A stretch of 64,000 nucleotides of DNA, from positions 4,216,001-4,280,000 of the forward strand of contig OZ024747.1 in the NCBI GenBank assembly GCA_964016885.1. Reading direction: 5' to 3'. The DNA is from Eledone cirrhosa. Lineage: Eukaryota. Made by a program: the position numbers and the translations under genes. This document shows positions 46,730 through 61,514 of this stretch, one piece after another. The notes beneath the pieces are model-generated. The model was not told the DNA's origin. It searched no databases and saw nothing but the letters and a program-made list of their open reading frames with translations. Position 1 is the stretch's first letter, and each line of letters opens with the position of its first letter.

Positions 46730-46922
46730 ATTTTTACTTTAGGCACAAGGCACCAATTTGGGGGTAGGGGAAAGTCAACTGAATCAACCCCAGTGCAATA
46801 CTGGTGCTTTATTTTATTGACCACCGTAAGGATGGAAGTCAAATTTAAACTCAGACCATAAAGGGACTTAACTCTTAAAGCATTGTGTCTGAGACTCTAC
46901 CAATACTGCCAATCTACTGCCC
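46730..46922 (-). mobile_element. Diverged SINE A-related copy
   Basis: ggcacaaggc...actggt...aactcaga...tactgccaatc. Confidence 0.7.
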
Positions 46923-46947
46923 TCAAGGGCCCACTGTGTGGGGTTAT

Positions 46948-47265
46948 TTATATCTTCTTGTGTATGTGGGGGCCTTAGGTTGATATCGTTCACCTAGTTG
47001 AAATCAGAGATCAGTTTCCAGAGCCCACTACAAGGAGGTCAACAACTTGAGCCCTAATCATATATATCTTCTTCTTGTGTATCAGTTGATCTCAGGTTGT
47101 TGTCGTTAACCTAGTTAAGATCAGAGATCATCTTCCAGGACCCACTATGAGGAGATCAACTTGAGCCCTAGTCTATATAACTACTTCTTCTAGTGTATGT
47201 GTTGGTCTCAGGTTGTTGTTTGCCTGGTCTAGATCAGAGATCAGTTTACAACAAACTTGAGCCTC
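46948..47265. repeat. About three diverged tandem units of ~115 bp
   Basis: Recurring tcttgtgtat...aggttg...cctagtt...atcagagatca...aacttgagccc. Confidence 0.75.
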
Positions 47266-47701
47266 CTACTTTTGTTATAACTGTGTGAGTAAATTTGTTC
47301 TTATATTGTTCTATGGAATGGTCTACAAGTATATTGGGGTAGCCTTTATTAACTAAGATTTGTTTCTCACATGGCTTAGCATCTACGGAGAGACCAGAAT
47401 CATGTAATCTTTTAAGGATAAGGATATTTTTAATTGTGTAAAGTTCACATCTGTTATTTCCGTTTTTGTTAGCTCATCATCCTTAAATCATCTTCCATTT
47501 GGTGTTGTCATTGTCTGTGTTATCTTTTAATTACTCTTCTTTCTCATAATGTTTATGGAAGTAGTTTTTCAAATTTTTACACAGTGGATAACATGTAACA
47601 AGATCTCATTGTGTAATCAAGTTAAACTAATGATTTTCTAATTATCTACAAATTAAGACATGAAACTTAATAATTAACATCTAATCCATAGTTTGTAATA
47701 T

Positions 47702-48015
47702 ATCATCGTCATTTAATGTCCATTTTCCACGCTAGCATGGGCTAGACGAGCTGACCCGTTGTGAGACAACCATGTCAAGGGACCATATTTTGCTCACTCA
47801 GAACTGTGCTTCTACAGTTGGATGCCCTTCCTAACACCATATATATATATATATTTATTTACAGTCCACACAGTAAGGGCATCCAGCCATAGAAACCAAG
47901 CTGGAAACAGTTCTGTATGAGCCAGACATTGTCACTTGATCTAATTTGTCTGACAGTGGAACAACTTGTCTAACCCATGCTAGCGTGGAAAATGGATGTT
48001 AAACAGGGATGATGA
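47702..48015. mobile_element. Two SINE B tail fragments in inverted orientation
   Basis: 47702-47838 (-) and ~47875-48015 (+). Confidence 0.7.
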
Positions 48016-48380
48016 TAATAATAATATGAAAATTATGATAACTACTAGGTATTGATTTACTGATTACTATATCAGCAGAAACTCTGCTGTTGTGCATTAA
48101 ATAACTAAAATACTAAGTACGCAATGCTGAATGTATGTATCTAACATAGGAGTTCATGAGTAGAGTGTGGAAAATATTTTTTCGTAACAAAAACAAATAT
48201 TTATTTTTCTCTATTTCCTTTGTTTTATGCTCCATATGCATAAACACTGTCTTGGTGTTACTGCTAATTAAGTATAAGCAGCCAGGTTTGCACAATATGC
48301 AAATGAGTATTTCCAGCAAGTGTTCATGTAAAATTCTATATAGAGTCTAGTCTATTTCCATGTCTGTATGGATTGAGTAA

Positions 48381-48428
48381 GTGCCACTGATGAAAGATTA
48401 ACAAATCCTGAAACAGTGCTGTCTGACA
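48381..48428 (+). ncRNA. Type I hammerhead ribozyme motif
   Basis: gtgcca-CTGATGA-aagatt-aaca-aatcct-GAAAC-AGTGCT-GTC-tgaca. Confidence 0.68.
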
Positions 48429-48583
48429 TTCTCAAAATGTTCTGCAACTTCTGTGAGATATTCACAAAGGAAAATAGAGAAAGACTTTTTTTTTCTCTCT
48501 TATGAAAAAACTAAGTATGCTGTCAAATTTGGATATACCGTAAATGTTTTTACGAAATTCACTATATATATATATTTACACAC

Positions 48584-48810
48584 TAAAAGACCGATAAGTT
48601 TCAAAAAGCTAGTACAATGCAGTAGAAATATACAAGGGGCAAATGATGACAAATAAAACAAAATAAATAATATTTTACCCATAGGATTTTAGCATATTTC
48701 AGGGTTAATACTCACTTTTCAAATGTGGAGCTGAGACAGTCCAAAACAAAATATCCTTTGCTCTATTTCTACTGCATTTTATCAGCTTTTTGAAAATTAT
48801 TGGTCTTTTA
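48584..48810 (-). mobile_element. Diverged fold-back element with a degenerate U3-A8 hammerhead at 48686-48724
   Basis: Arms 48584-48638 and 48755-48810; minus strand TTGAAAA...GAAA-TATGC-TA. Confidence 0.4.
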
Positions 48811-48902
48811 TTATATATCTCACAATACTTCATATTAATTACACTACTTTATATATATATACGAATGAAAAATGGCGTGCTGTGTTGTTGCGAATGTGAT
48901 AC

Positions 48903-49322
48903 ATATGAAGTAAAAATTAGAAAGAGAAGCCAGGACTATCCATCATCAGGGATCTGCTAGCCATCATAGGTATTTCTTCACATTAAAGATCAGATACCTC
49001 AGGCTAGCACGAGCAATAACTAAAATAAGTTATTGGGATAAAAAGAATTGGGTGGAGAAAGAGAGACAGGTAAACAAACAAGAATGGTGAGGCAACGTAA
49101 AGAGAGGAAAAATGAGAAAATCAAGTCAGTGATTCATTTGAACATGTTTGTTTACCTGTCTCTCTTTCTCCACCCAATTCTTTTTATCCCAATAACTTAT
49201 TTTAGTTATTGTTCGTGCTAGCGTGAGGTATCTGATCTTTAATGTGAAGAAATACCTATGATGGCTAGTAGATCCCTGATGATGGATAGTCCCGGCTTCT
49301 CTTTCTAATTTGTACTTCATAT
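48903..49322. repeat. Long inverted repeat, ~178-bp arms, ~65-bp spacer
   Basis: 48903-49080 versus 49145-49322 with few mismatches. Confidence 0.9.
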
Positions 49323-49580
49323 ATATATATAAGCCTCATCACCTTTTCATGTCCATTTTTCCATGCTAGCATGGGTTATATAAGTTGCCCCATTGTGAGA
49401 CAAGCCAGGTCTAATGGCCATGGCTTGCCTCATATAGAACTGGTTTTGGATTGGTTTCTATGACTGGATACTCATGTATATATATGTATGTATGTAAAAG
49501 GTAAACAGAAATAACAACACAATCGGTACAGTATATGGCAGGGATATATTAGGTTAATGCTTGATATAGCAGGAAGAGGG

Positions 49581-49616
49581 TCTTAACGTTTCGGACGCTA
49601 GTCCTTCATCAGAAGA
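49581..49616 (-). ncRNA. Minimal type I hammerhead ribozyme of Penelope type, in element ~49495-49720
   Basis: tctt-CTGATGA-A-GGAC-tagc-GTCC-GAAAC-GTT-aaga. Confidence 0.75.
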
Positions 49617-49717
49617 AATAATGAGAAATAAGATAGATTGAGGGGATGGATGGGATGGAGTTGGAAAATAATGTCTTTAGATAAAATTAACAGGTCCATT
49701 CATGTTGACATCTCTTG

Positions 49718-49756
<39 letters not shown>

Positions 49757-49811
49757 GTGAGGTTTTTTTTACAAAATGAAAAATAACCGAGGTGTCCTAC
49801 ACGAGTGAAAG

Positions 49812-50102
49812 TATAAAGAAAAAATGATTAAATCCAAAATGCAACTGGAGTCTTATTTTTAAAAAAATATATATATTTATTTGGTTCCTTTACCGGTTTC
49901 GCAGTTCTTCTGCTTTTCAAAAGTACAGTTGAGATGGAGGGGCTCTCACATCTGATGCAAGAAAAATCACAGACCCTCCATCTCAACTCTACTTTTGAAA
50001 AGCAGAAGAACTGCGAAACCGGTAAAGGAACCAAATAAATATATATATTTTTTTTTAAATAAGACTCCAGTTGCATTTTCGATTTAATCTTTTTTCTTTA
50101 TA
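49812..50102. mobile_element. Fold-back element, ~130-bp arms, each carrying a hammerhead (49888-49923 minus; 49992-50027 plus)
   Basis: ctt-TTGAAAA-GCAG-aagaa-CTGC-GAAAC-CG-GTA-aag. Confidence 0.75.
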
Positions 50103-51375
<1,273 letters not shown>

Positions 51376-52041
51376 CCAGTAATATATTGTTACTTCACTC
51401 AATCATAATTCTACCTCAATAAATTGGTCGTGTCATGGCCCATATAAGACAACAATATTATATGCTGTATAACTACACCGGTTTTATATGTTATACAAGT
51501 ACATGTGCCTGTACATGTGTGGATATAGGAGATTCTATGTAGATCTATTGATATATATATGTTGTATAGAGTTTTATTTTATTTTTGGTTGTTGTTGTTT
51601 TTTTGTTTTTGTTTTTTCTGTCTCTTGCTTGGTTCGTTTATTTATTTTGGCAGTGAGTTCTCTAATAGCAGAGCAGGGTAGGGTAGAGAAATCTAATATT
51701 CCATGTTTTCAGAAACATCCTACATGACTAATTAGATGGTTTTTATCCCAAGGCAAATTTGATGATATTTTTGTCCAAGATATCAAGTCCTCACGATAAC
51801 CAAAAACTCATTGATATATTGGCTGAAATCTAAGGAATCAACATCTGTGCAGCAAAGAAGAAGAAACAAATAACTGCAACAAGAACAACAAGATATAAAT
51901 AAAAAGGAAAAATAGAAAAGAAATTTGAAAGAGAGGTTATGGAATGAATGTGATGTACACATTCATACATACAGACAAGCATACTTACACACACACACAT
52001 TTGTGTGTGTGTATATATATATATGTGTGTGTGTGTAAATA

Positions 52042-52120
<79 letters not shown>

Positions 52121-53161
52121 GTATATATTTATATATGTATATGTATACATTTATATATGTATATATATTCATTTATATATATGTATATACATATATATAC
52201 ATCATCATTGTTTAACATCTATTTTCCATGCTAGCAAGGGTTAGATGAGTTGTCTGGCTTGGTTTCTATGGCTGGTTGCCCTTCCTAACACCAACCACAT
52301 TAACACTGTGTGCTGGGTGCTTTTTGTCGTGATACCAACATGATATATACATACAACGTACATATATACATACATACTACATACATATATACATACATAC
52401 TACATATATACATACATATATACATACATACATATATGAAAATAGAATTAAAAGACTTTGATTGACAAAGAAAACGTGGGTTCGACTCCCATGTCTGCTG
52501 ATGCCGATCCTTTTCTGTTTAGTTGGTACATAAGCACTGTTATAATAAGCTTTCCGCTTTCTAAACATACATTTTTTTACATGTGTGTGTATATTTTGAA
52601 CTAATCGTATGAGTAAATTATAAATAAACAAGCATAGCTATGTTTAATAAACACACATTTATCTTCAGTGTGTAAATAGATGGTGTGTTTAAGCCACAGA
52701 GCTGTCTATGTGGAGTGACCCTAAGAACTGCATAAGTAGAATGTATATTTGATAATACCCTAGAGTGAGAGGAGGTAGGTTATGCCATGAGGAACAAATG
52801 CTGATTTTAGCCATGTGGTTATACTGAGAGTGTTCAATAACTAAACCCCATAAACTAGTCAAGTTGTTAACAGTTTTGGTCTACAGAAAGAGTTGTGTAG
52901 TGTATCTGTAGGGACTACTTGATGAACATAGATTGAGCCATGCTGTTTAAACAGACCCTGGAGTTTCACTACAGGACTCTCTCTCTGTAGACCAAATATG
53001 TTGACAACTAGACTAGTTACTTGGATTTCAGTTATGTAACACTCACTGCCAGTATAACCACAGGAGTAAAAACACCATTTGTTAATAAGTATCTCTCCCC
53101 AGTTCTATAGGGTGTACTATCTTTCAACATAATCCCTCGAACGAAACAATGTAGTGATTAT

Positions 53162-53357
53162 ATGAGGGTCGACTGAAAAGTTCATAAGCTGACCAAGATA
53201 CTCTCATGGAATGACCCAATGAGGTTTATTTTTCAACACAGTCCCTGGAACGAAACAATGCTGTTACTAAGAAAAAGAGTTGAAATTAATGCATGCAAGA
53301 TTTCACAGCCTTAGCATCACTTCTTCATAGTTAGCCTATGAACTTTTCATCTGACCA
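53162..53357. mobile_element. Mariner-like MITE
   Basis: Imperfect TIRs gggtcgactgaaaagttcataagct / agcctatgaacttttcatctgacc, preceded by TA. Confidence 0.65.
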
Positions 53358-53728
53358 TTGTGCCTGTAAATTCAATCCTGTTTTGTCATCTTTAAGATGT
53401 TCAGTTACTTGAAAATATTCTTTACATCATCGTGCTAAGTCTACCTTGGTCTCCCTCTACCACAAGTGCTACTTCAAGCACTTGGCACTTCTTCGTAAAT
53501 GTTTATATATGTTTTTTGGGGGAAAGACTTTAAGAAAACAATTAATTGATCAAGTAATTAATTATTAAAAAAAAAAAAAAAAACCTAAAATTATTCCAGT
53601 GCATATTAACAGAATGACCCTACCAAAGTACAACCATATTGACTTTACATCAAGACATTTTCAAAGCAGTTTACAAGAAAGAAATAATTATATATTAATA
53701 ATTATTATTATTGTTAGTTACAATCATT

Positions 53729-53929
53729 GGCGGTGGATTGGCAGTATCAGTAGAGGGTCGGACGGCATGCATTGCACCATAGAGTTACGGCCCTTGCCAT
53801 TCTGAGTTCAAATCCCGCCGAGGTTAACTTTGCCTTTCATCCTTACGGGGGTCGATAAAATAAAGTACCAGTAGTGTACTGGGTAATTGCTGGCCTTGGG
53901 CCAAACGTAGAAACAATTATTATTATTAT
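53729..53929 (+). mobile_element. SINE family A, full length
   Basis: Box A-like TGGCAGTATCAG, box B GAGTTCAAATCC, (ATT)n tail. Confidence 0.88.
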
Positions 53930-54184
53930 CATCAGTAATATTAAAGGCAATTTCAAAAGAAATACAGCCACCGAAAGAGTGGCTCCATATTTGTTTAAAT
54001 TCTAAATTGGTTTCTCTCTCTTAATGTCTCGTATCCAATAACACATTCAGGCACAACTGTAAGTCTTTTACGTTGTAGCCATAGGATTGTGTGTTTAATT
54101 CCACTGCGTGGCGCCATGGCAAACTATATTGCTCTTCAGGATTGAAGAATTTCTTTCATGGAAACTGTGCAGAAATCTGTATAT

Positions 54185-54450
54185 ATGTCTGTATGTCTGT
54201 CTACCTACCTCTATGTCTGTCTGTATGTCTGTCTGTCTACCTCTATGTCTGTCTGCCTGCCTGTATGTCTGTATGTCCATCTGTCTGCCTGCCTGTATCT
54301 CTCTATGTCTGTCTACCTACCTGTATGTCCGTCTGTCTGCCTGCCTGTATGTCTGTATGTCCATCTGTCTACCTACCTGTATGTCTGTCTGTCTGTCTGT
54401 ATGTCTCTCCATCTGTCTGTCTGCCTGACTGTCTGTCTATCTGTCTGTGC
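54185..54450. repeat. (TGTC)/(TACC)/(TGCC) tetranucleotide tract
   Basis: Direct inspection. Confidence 0.9.
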
Positions 54451-54721
54451 AGGTATATAAGGATGCCAGTGCATGTTTTCAGTTATATATGCATGTATAC
54501 ATATATCTCTATATCTAGCATCATCATTTAACGTCCATTCACCACACTAGCATGGGTTACACAGGTTGTCTGATTTGAGGCAAGTTGGGTCAGGTGACCA
54601 TGTCTTCCTCATACAGAACTGTTTCTGGCTTGGCTTCTACAGCTGGATGCCCTTCTTAACATCAAACACATTTACAATGTGTGCTGGGTGCTTTTTGTCA
54701 TGACACCTTATATATATAAGT

Positions 54722-54900
54722 AGTATCACAACAGTTAGTTCACCATACCGAGAACAAATGCTTCAGCTGAAGATCCGCAAGGTGAAACATTTGTTCTCGG
54801 TATGGTGAACTAACTGTTGTGATACTTTTTCTACGAAACACGTCCCATGGACTGAGTGCTCTACTACTACAGATATAACCCTCTAGTGTTCTACTATTAT
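54722..54900 (+). mobile_element. Fold-back element with minimal hammerhead at 54765-54797
   Basis: Arms 54722-54764 and 54783-54826; ag-CTGAAGA-tcc-GCAA-ggt-GAAAC-ATTT-GTT-ct. Confidence 0.62.
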
Positions 54901-54927
54901 ATATATATACATATATATATGATTTTG

Positions 54928-55059
54928 TTTCTGAGGAAGATAGTGCAATGGATGTAGTCTAGGATATTGAGACAAGAAATATGTGGTGTCATAATTACTT
55001 TCTATTAGTCAGTATATTGATTTATCGTGATCAATGAACCATCTGAAACGATCGTAAAA
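54928..55059 (+). ncRNA. Hammerhead motif with long stem II
   Basis: ttt-CTGAGGA-agat...(~107 nt)...atct-GAAAC-GATC-GTA-aaa. Confidence 0.55.
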
Positions 55060-56094
55060 AAACAAATCAATTAAGAACCTATCTTTGCCTCTTGTTTCAT
55101 TTTCATTGTTCAAAGCACACAGACACATACATACATATATGTACACACAAAATGAGATTTATTCTACAAAATTTATATATTCTTTACTCGCAAAAAAATA
55201 AAACAATAAAACAAGAAAATAAAACTATAGACAAGACTTTCTTGTCAATCAAAAGAAATCGGTATTTATAGTAGAATGATAAGCAGCTGGGGTGAAGAAA
55301 ACTGAACACTCGAAAGAAAATGGCTTTGGAACTATCTTAAGTATCTTTGATGGCAATATTTAGATTGGTAATACATTTAGAATGAGTATTCTCTCTATAA
55401 CTTTTATTTATTTTAATTTTTTCCACTGAAATTTTTCAAATCATTTTCTTCTTTTATATTTTCTATTTGTAACAAAAATATCCAACATAGAAGAATTTCA
55501 AATGAGCTCCGGTCACAACTTGTAGATTTTTAACAAAAAAAAAAGCATATGAAAGTATGGCTTCTAGCCAATTTACTTAATATATTAAGCCAAGCAATGA
55601 TAGTGTTGTGGATTTCTTAGTGCATGCAGTAATACTGGAAATATTCTTAAGTTGGATCAGTTCAGTTCCATTCTAACCATTCTACGTAAGTAATTTAATT
55701 TAGAGAAATACAATTTTCTCATAAAATCTATTTTGAAACCTTAAAATAGATTTGAAATAATCACATATTACTGAAAATCCTGCAAACCTTTTTACATTTT
55801 AATCATTTTACTTTTATTTCTATTTTGATTATTTTTCTTTAAGCTACTTTGAAGTCTGCTAAATATAATTTTCAAAATAAAAATGATATTCCTAAAAAAT
55901 GCAACAACAAAAATATTTTCTATGAATGTATGTATAGTATATACGCATGTATGTATAGTATATACATACATGTGTGGTTGATAATGAACACACATATATA
56001 GATACACATTACAGATATTATAGACTAAGAAGCATATATATATATATATATATATATAGCGAGAGAGATAGATATATATGTATATGTAATATAA

Positions 56095-56139
<45 letters not shown>

Positions 56140-56454
56140 CACACACAAAGATGTACTTATTTCAAATAATGTGAGTGCATTCCACCTATGTTTTGGTGTA
56201 TTTTTACATTACATTTAATGAATTATTAATGTATACTTCAGAAATTGTCTTTTCTCTAATATTACTACATATCAGTGTAAAGGAGATATTTATCTAAGTC
56301 ATATATATATATCTATTTATATAGAGAGGACGATATATATGTATATATATACACACACAAATATATATATATATATATAATGTATGCACACATACATATA
56401 TATATACATATATATATGTATAGATAGATAGATATACATCATCACCATTTTACA

Positions 56455-56612
56455 TCCTAATATATTAGGTTAACACTTGAAATAGCAGGAAGAGGGTCTT
56501 AACGTTTCAGACGCTAATCCTTCATCAAAAGATTGAGGGGACGGGCAGGGCAGAATCTGAAAAACTTTTTAGAGAAAAAAATAAGTCCATTCATGTTGCC
56601 ATCTCTTGGAAA
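56455..56612 (-). mobile_element. Degenerate copy of the 49581 hammerhead family
   Basis: Minus strand TTGATGAAGGATTAGCGTCTGAAACGTTAAGA at 56497-56528. Confidence 0.65.
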
Positions 56613-56696
56613 ACTGTTGATGCTGGCGTTTTGTGTATGATATACTTTTTTACATACACATGCATATACATATATACACACACATATATATATATA

Positions 56697-57090
56697 TCAC
56701 CATCATCATCACCGTTTTACATCCGTTCTTCAATGCTAGCATGGGTTAGATGGCTTGTCCTGTTGTGGGCAGTGTCCAGTTGGGTGACCTTGTCTTGCTC
56801 ATACGGGAACTGATTCTGGCTTGATTTCTACAGCTGGATGCTCTTCCTAACACCAACCTCATTTACAGTGAGTGCTGGGTCCTTTTTTTGCCGTGGCACC
56901 TCCACGACCACTTTGCAGTGGAATGATAGGGACCCCGGTCCTATCATCTCATTTCTACAGCTGAGTAAACTGGAGCAATGTGAAATGAAGTGTCTTGCTC
57001 AAGGAAACAACACATCACCCAGTCTGAGAATTGAACTCGCAAACTTTCGATTGCAAGCCCAATGCTCTAACCACTAAGCCATGCACCTTC
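56697..57090 (-). mobile_element. SINE family B, full length
   Basis: Head, ccttgagcaagacac domain and GAT tail. Confidence 0.88.
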
Positions 57091-57091
57091 A

Positions 57092-57728
<637 letters not shown>

Positions 57729-57818
57729 ATATTATGTATACTCCAGTCCCACAAACTGTAGAGTGCTTCTTATCCGATATCTGCATTGATTTATTGTACT
57801 ACAATAAAACTCACCTCC

Positions 57819-57893
<75 letters not shown>

Positions 57894-58581
57894 TACATAC
57901 ATACATACAGACCTATATACATACATACATACATACATACATACATACATGGTGGCTGCCAACTCATTTTCGAGTATGGCCACTACTTTATATCCATGTA
58001 GGAGAACTCCTACCGATACGCTGAACAAGTGTGACTTTTTAGTCCAGCCAGTGGATTGAAAACTCTGGTACAAACACTACACTTGTGACAATTATTGACA
58101 CATAGCGCTGGGCCCATGGTACCATGTGACGACAAGTGCAGAGAGATCTCCAGATATAAAGCAATGCCTGTGCTGTGAAGCTTTTATAGTGAGCAAAAGC
58201 ACTGCACAAAGCCAGTCCCACTCTCTTAACCAAGATGATATTTACCAAAAAGAAGAACAAGTCAACATCATTGGATACCATCAGGGTTGCAGGTGTTATA
58301 TCAGAGTTTTCCTTCTCCTAGAATTCTGCCTTGACAAAGGCTAAGGGGTCATCTCTCCCGATAATTTTGGAGGTCCTTTGACATACATACATACATACAT
58401 ACATATACGCAGTAAGAAGTATGCTAGCAGCCGAAGTGTATGATGAAGTTTTATCTGTACAAATACAGAGTGTGTAACTGGGACTGCACCAACGTATACT
58501 GATATATACACATATTAGATATATACACACTGCAGTCTCAATTATATATATACCCATTAATACATGTTTCCTTGTCGTTCA

Positions 58582-58600
58582 TTATATATATATATAAATA

Positions 58601-58660
<60 letters not shown>

Positions 58661-58700
58661 CATATATAAATATATATAAATAGCATATATATATATAAAT

Positions 58701-58737
<37 letters not shown>

Positions 58738-59234
58738 CATATATATATATATAAATAACATATATATATATATATATATATAAATAACATATATATATAT
58801 ATATATATAAATAACATATATATATATATATAAATAAATAACATATATACATATATATATATATAAATAAATAACATATATATATCTATATAACATATAT
58901 ACATATATATATATCTATATAACATATACATATATCTATATAACATATATACATATATATATATCTATATAACATATACATATATCTATATAACATATAT
59001 ATATATATATATATATCTATATAACATATATATATCTATATATATATAAATAACATATATGTATATATAATATATATAACATATATATATATATAACATA
59101 TATATATCTATATATATATAAATAACATATATGTATATATAATATATATAACATATATATATATATATATAACATATATATATATATAAATAACATATAT
59201 ATATATAATATATATATATATATGAATAACATAT

Positions 59235-59268
<34 letters not shown>

Positions 59269-59803
59269 ACATATATATATCTATATATATATAAATAACA
59301 TATATGTATATATAATATATATCTATATATATGTATATATATCTATATAACATATATACATATATATATATATCTATATAACATATATATATATATATAT
59401 AACATATATATATCTATATATATATATATAACATATATATATCCATATATATATATATAAATAACATATATGTATATATATATATATATAACATATATAT
59501 ATATATATATAAATAACATATATATATATATATATAAATAACATATATATATATATATATAAATAACATATATATATATAATATATATATATAAATAACA
59601 TATATATATATATAATATATATATATATAAATAACATATATATATATAATATATATATATATAAATAACATATAACATATATATATATATAAATAACATA
59701 TATGTATATATAACATATATATATATAAATAACATATATATATATAACATACATATATATATATAACATATATATATATATATATAAATAACATATAATA
59801 TAT
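58582..59803. repeat. (TA)n tract with aataacat variant
   Basis: Direct inspection. Confidence 0.95.
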
Positions 59804-59836
59804 AAGATCAAAAGATGGTTAAAAGTGTTCCATGTA

Positions 59837-59903
59837 TTTTATTATGCGCATTTCAAAAACAAATATCATCATGCAATAACATTTGCGTTTTCGTCAGATA
59901 AAA
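59837..59903 (-). ncRNA. Type I hammerhead (TGCGCA family, diverged copy) in element 59804-59962
   Basis: CTGACGA core; stem II substitutions keep pairing. Confidence 0.78.
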
Positions 59904-60057
59904 TAGGGAGACATGATATGAAGGTTAAAGCACACTTGTGAATAGTGCAGTTTTAAATCAACATATACTACTTATCCGATATCTGCATTGCTTTATTGTA
60001 CTACAATAAAACTCACCCCCTACATATATATATATAAATGTAAGTATGTATGTATAC

Positions 60058-60126
<69 letters not shown>

Positions 60127-60298
60127 TATACATACAGGCACACATATATATATATATGTGTTGAACAAAAAGATGACGTGGTTGCCTTAACACCGTACGG
60201 CATAAATCAGACTGTCCGTTTGTTTACAAACGAACAAAGCGAATGTTATAATAAATATTCGCTAAACTGATACGTACATATATATATGTGTGCCTGTA

Positions 60299-60347
<49 letters not shown>

Positions 60348-60456
60348 GCTACTGTACGTCTGTATACATATATGTATGTACGTATACATACATACTTACA
60401 TTTAAGTAAGTGCCATACTAAGAGTGAAAAATGAAATTTCGTTTCATTCTATTCCA

Positions 60457-60549
<93 letters not shown>

Positions 60550-60553
60550 CATA

Positions 60554-60897
60554 CATGGCTTAGTGGTTAGAGCATTGGCCTTGCAATCGAAAGGTTGTGA
60601 GTTCAATTCTCAGACCGGGTGATGTGTTGTTTCCTTGAGGAAGACACTTTATTTCACATTGCTCCACTTTACTCAGCTGTAGAAATGAGATGATAGGGAC
60701 TGGGGTCCCTATCATTCCACTGCAAAAATGGACGTGTAGGTGGCACAGCAAAAAAGCACCCAGCACTCACTGTAAATGAGGTTGGTGTTAGGAAGGGCAT
60801 CCAGCTGTAGAAATCAAGCCAAAATCAGTTCCCGTCCCACCCTTGCATGCAGGGAAAAAGCGGACGTAAAATGAAATGATGAAATGATGATGATGAT
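60554..60897 (+). mobile_element. SINE family B, full length
   Basis: Boxes A and B, central domain, GAT tail. Confidence 0.88.
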
Positions 60898-60908
60898 ATA
60901 TAAATAAC

Positions 60909-60956
<48 letters not shown>

Positions 60957-60957
60957 C

Positions 60958-60989
<32 letters not shown>

Positions 60990-61034
60990 CATATATATAT
61001 ATATAAATAACATATATATATATATATATATATA

Positions 61035-61109
<75 letters not shown>

Positions 61110-61514
61110 AAATATATATATAATATATAAAGTACACATATCAGGAACTACTTAGAATGCTAATTTGTATTTGTTTCAATTTTCTTAAATTTTTTATTAA
61201 TTTATATACTTACTTATTCATTAAAGAGAAAATTGTGAAGAGTTGAGCAGCAGTTAATGGAACTTGTGAGTGGGGTGGGGGGAGATGCCATGTGTGAGTG
61301 AAGGAGGGAGAGGGAGTGGTGGGATGTTGGGGTCGGGTGGCGGTGGTAGGTAAGACGGGGGGGGGGGGGGGGGGTATATAGTAGGGTGGCATGCTGGAAT
61401 TAGAAAGAACAACAGTTTGCTGTAATGTGAAAAATTACTCTGTTGCTACGGAAATGATGACTATCTGGGTTTAATTAATTAATTTGTAAGCATCAAACAA
61501 TTTTCTGATTCTAT

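Noticed and set aside
52475-52492. T-arm-like gtgggttcgactccca
   Set aside because: Isolated; no D arm, anticodon arm or acceptor stem
58435-58495. Hammerhead-like ATGATGA...GGGAC
   Set aside because: Too many core mismatches
60554-60625. tRNA gene
   Set aside because: A and B boxes belong to SINE heads continuous with SINE body; no full cloverleaf
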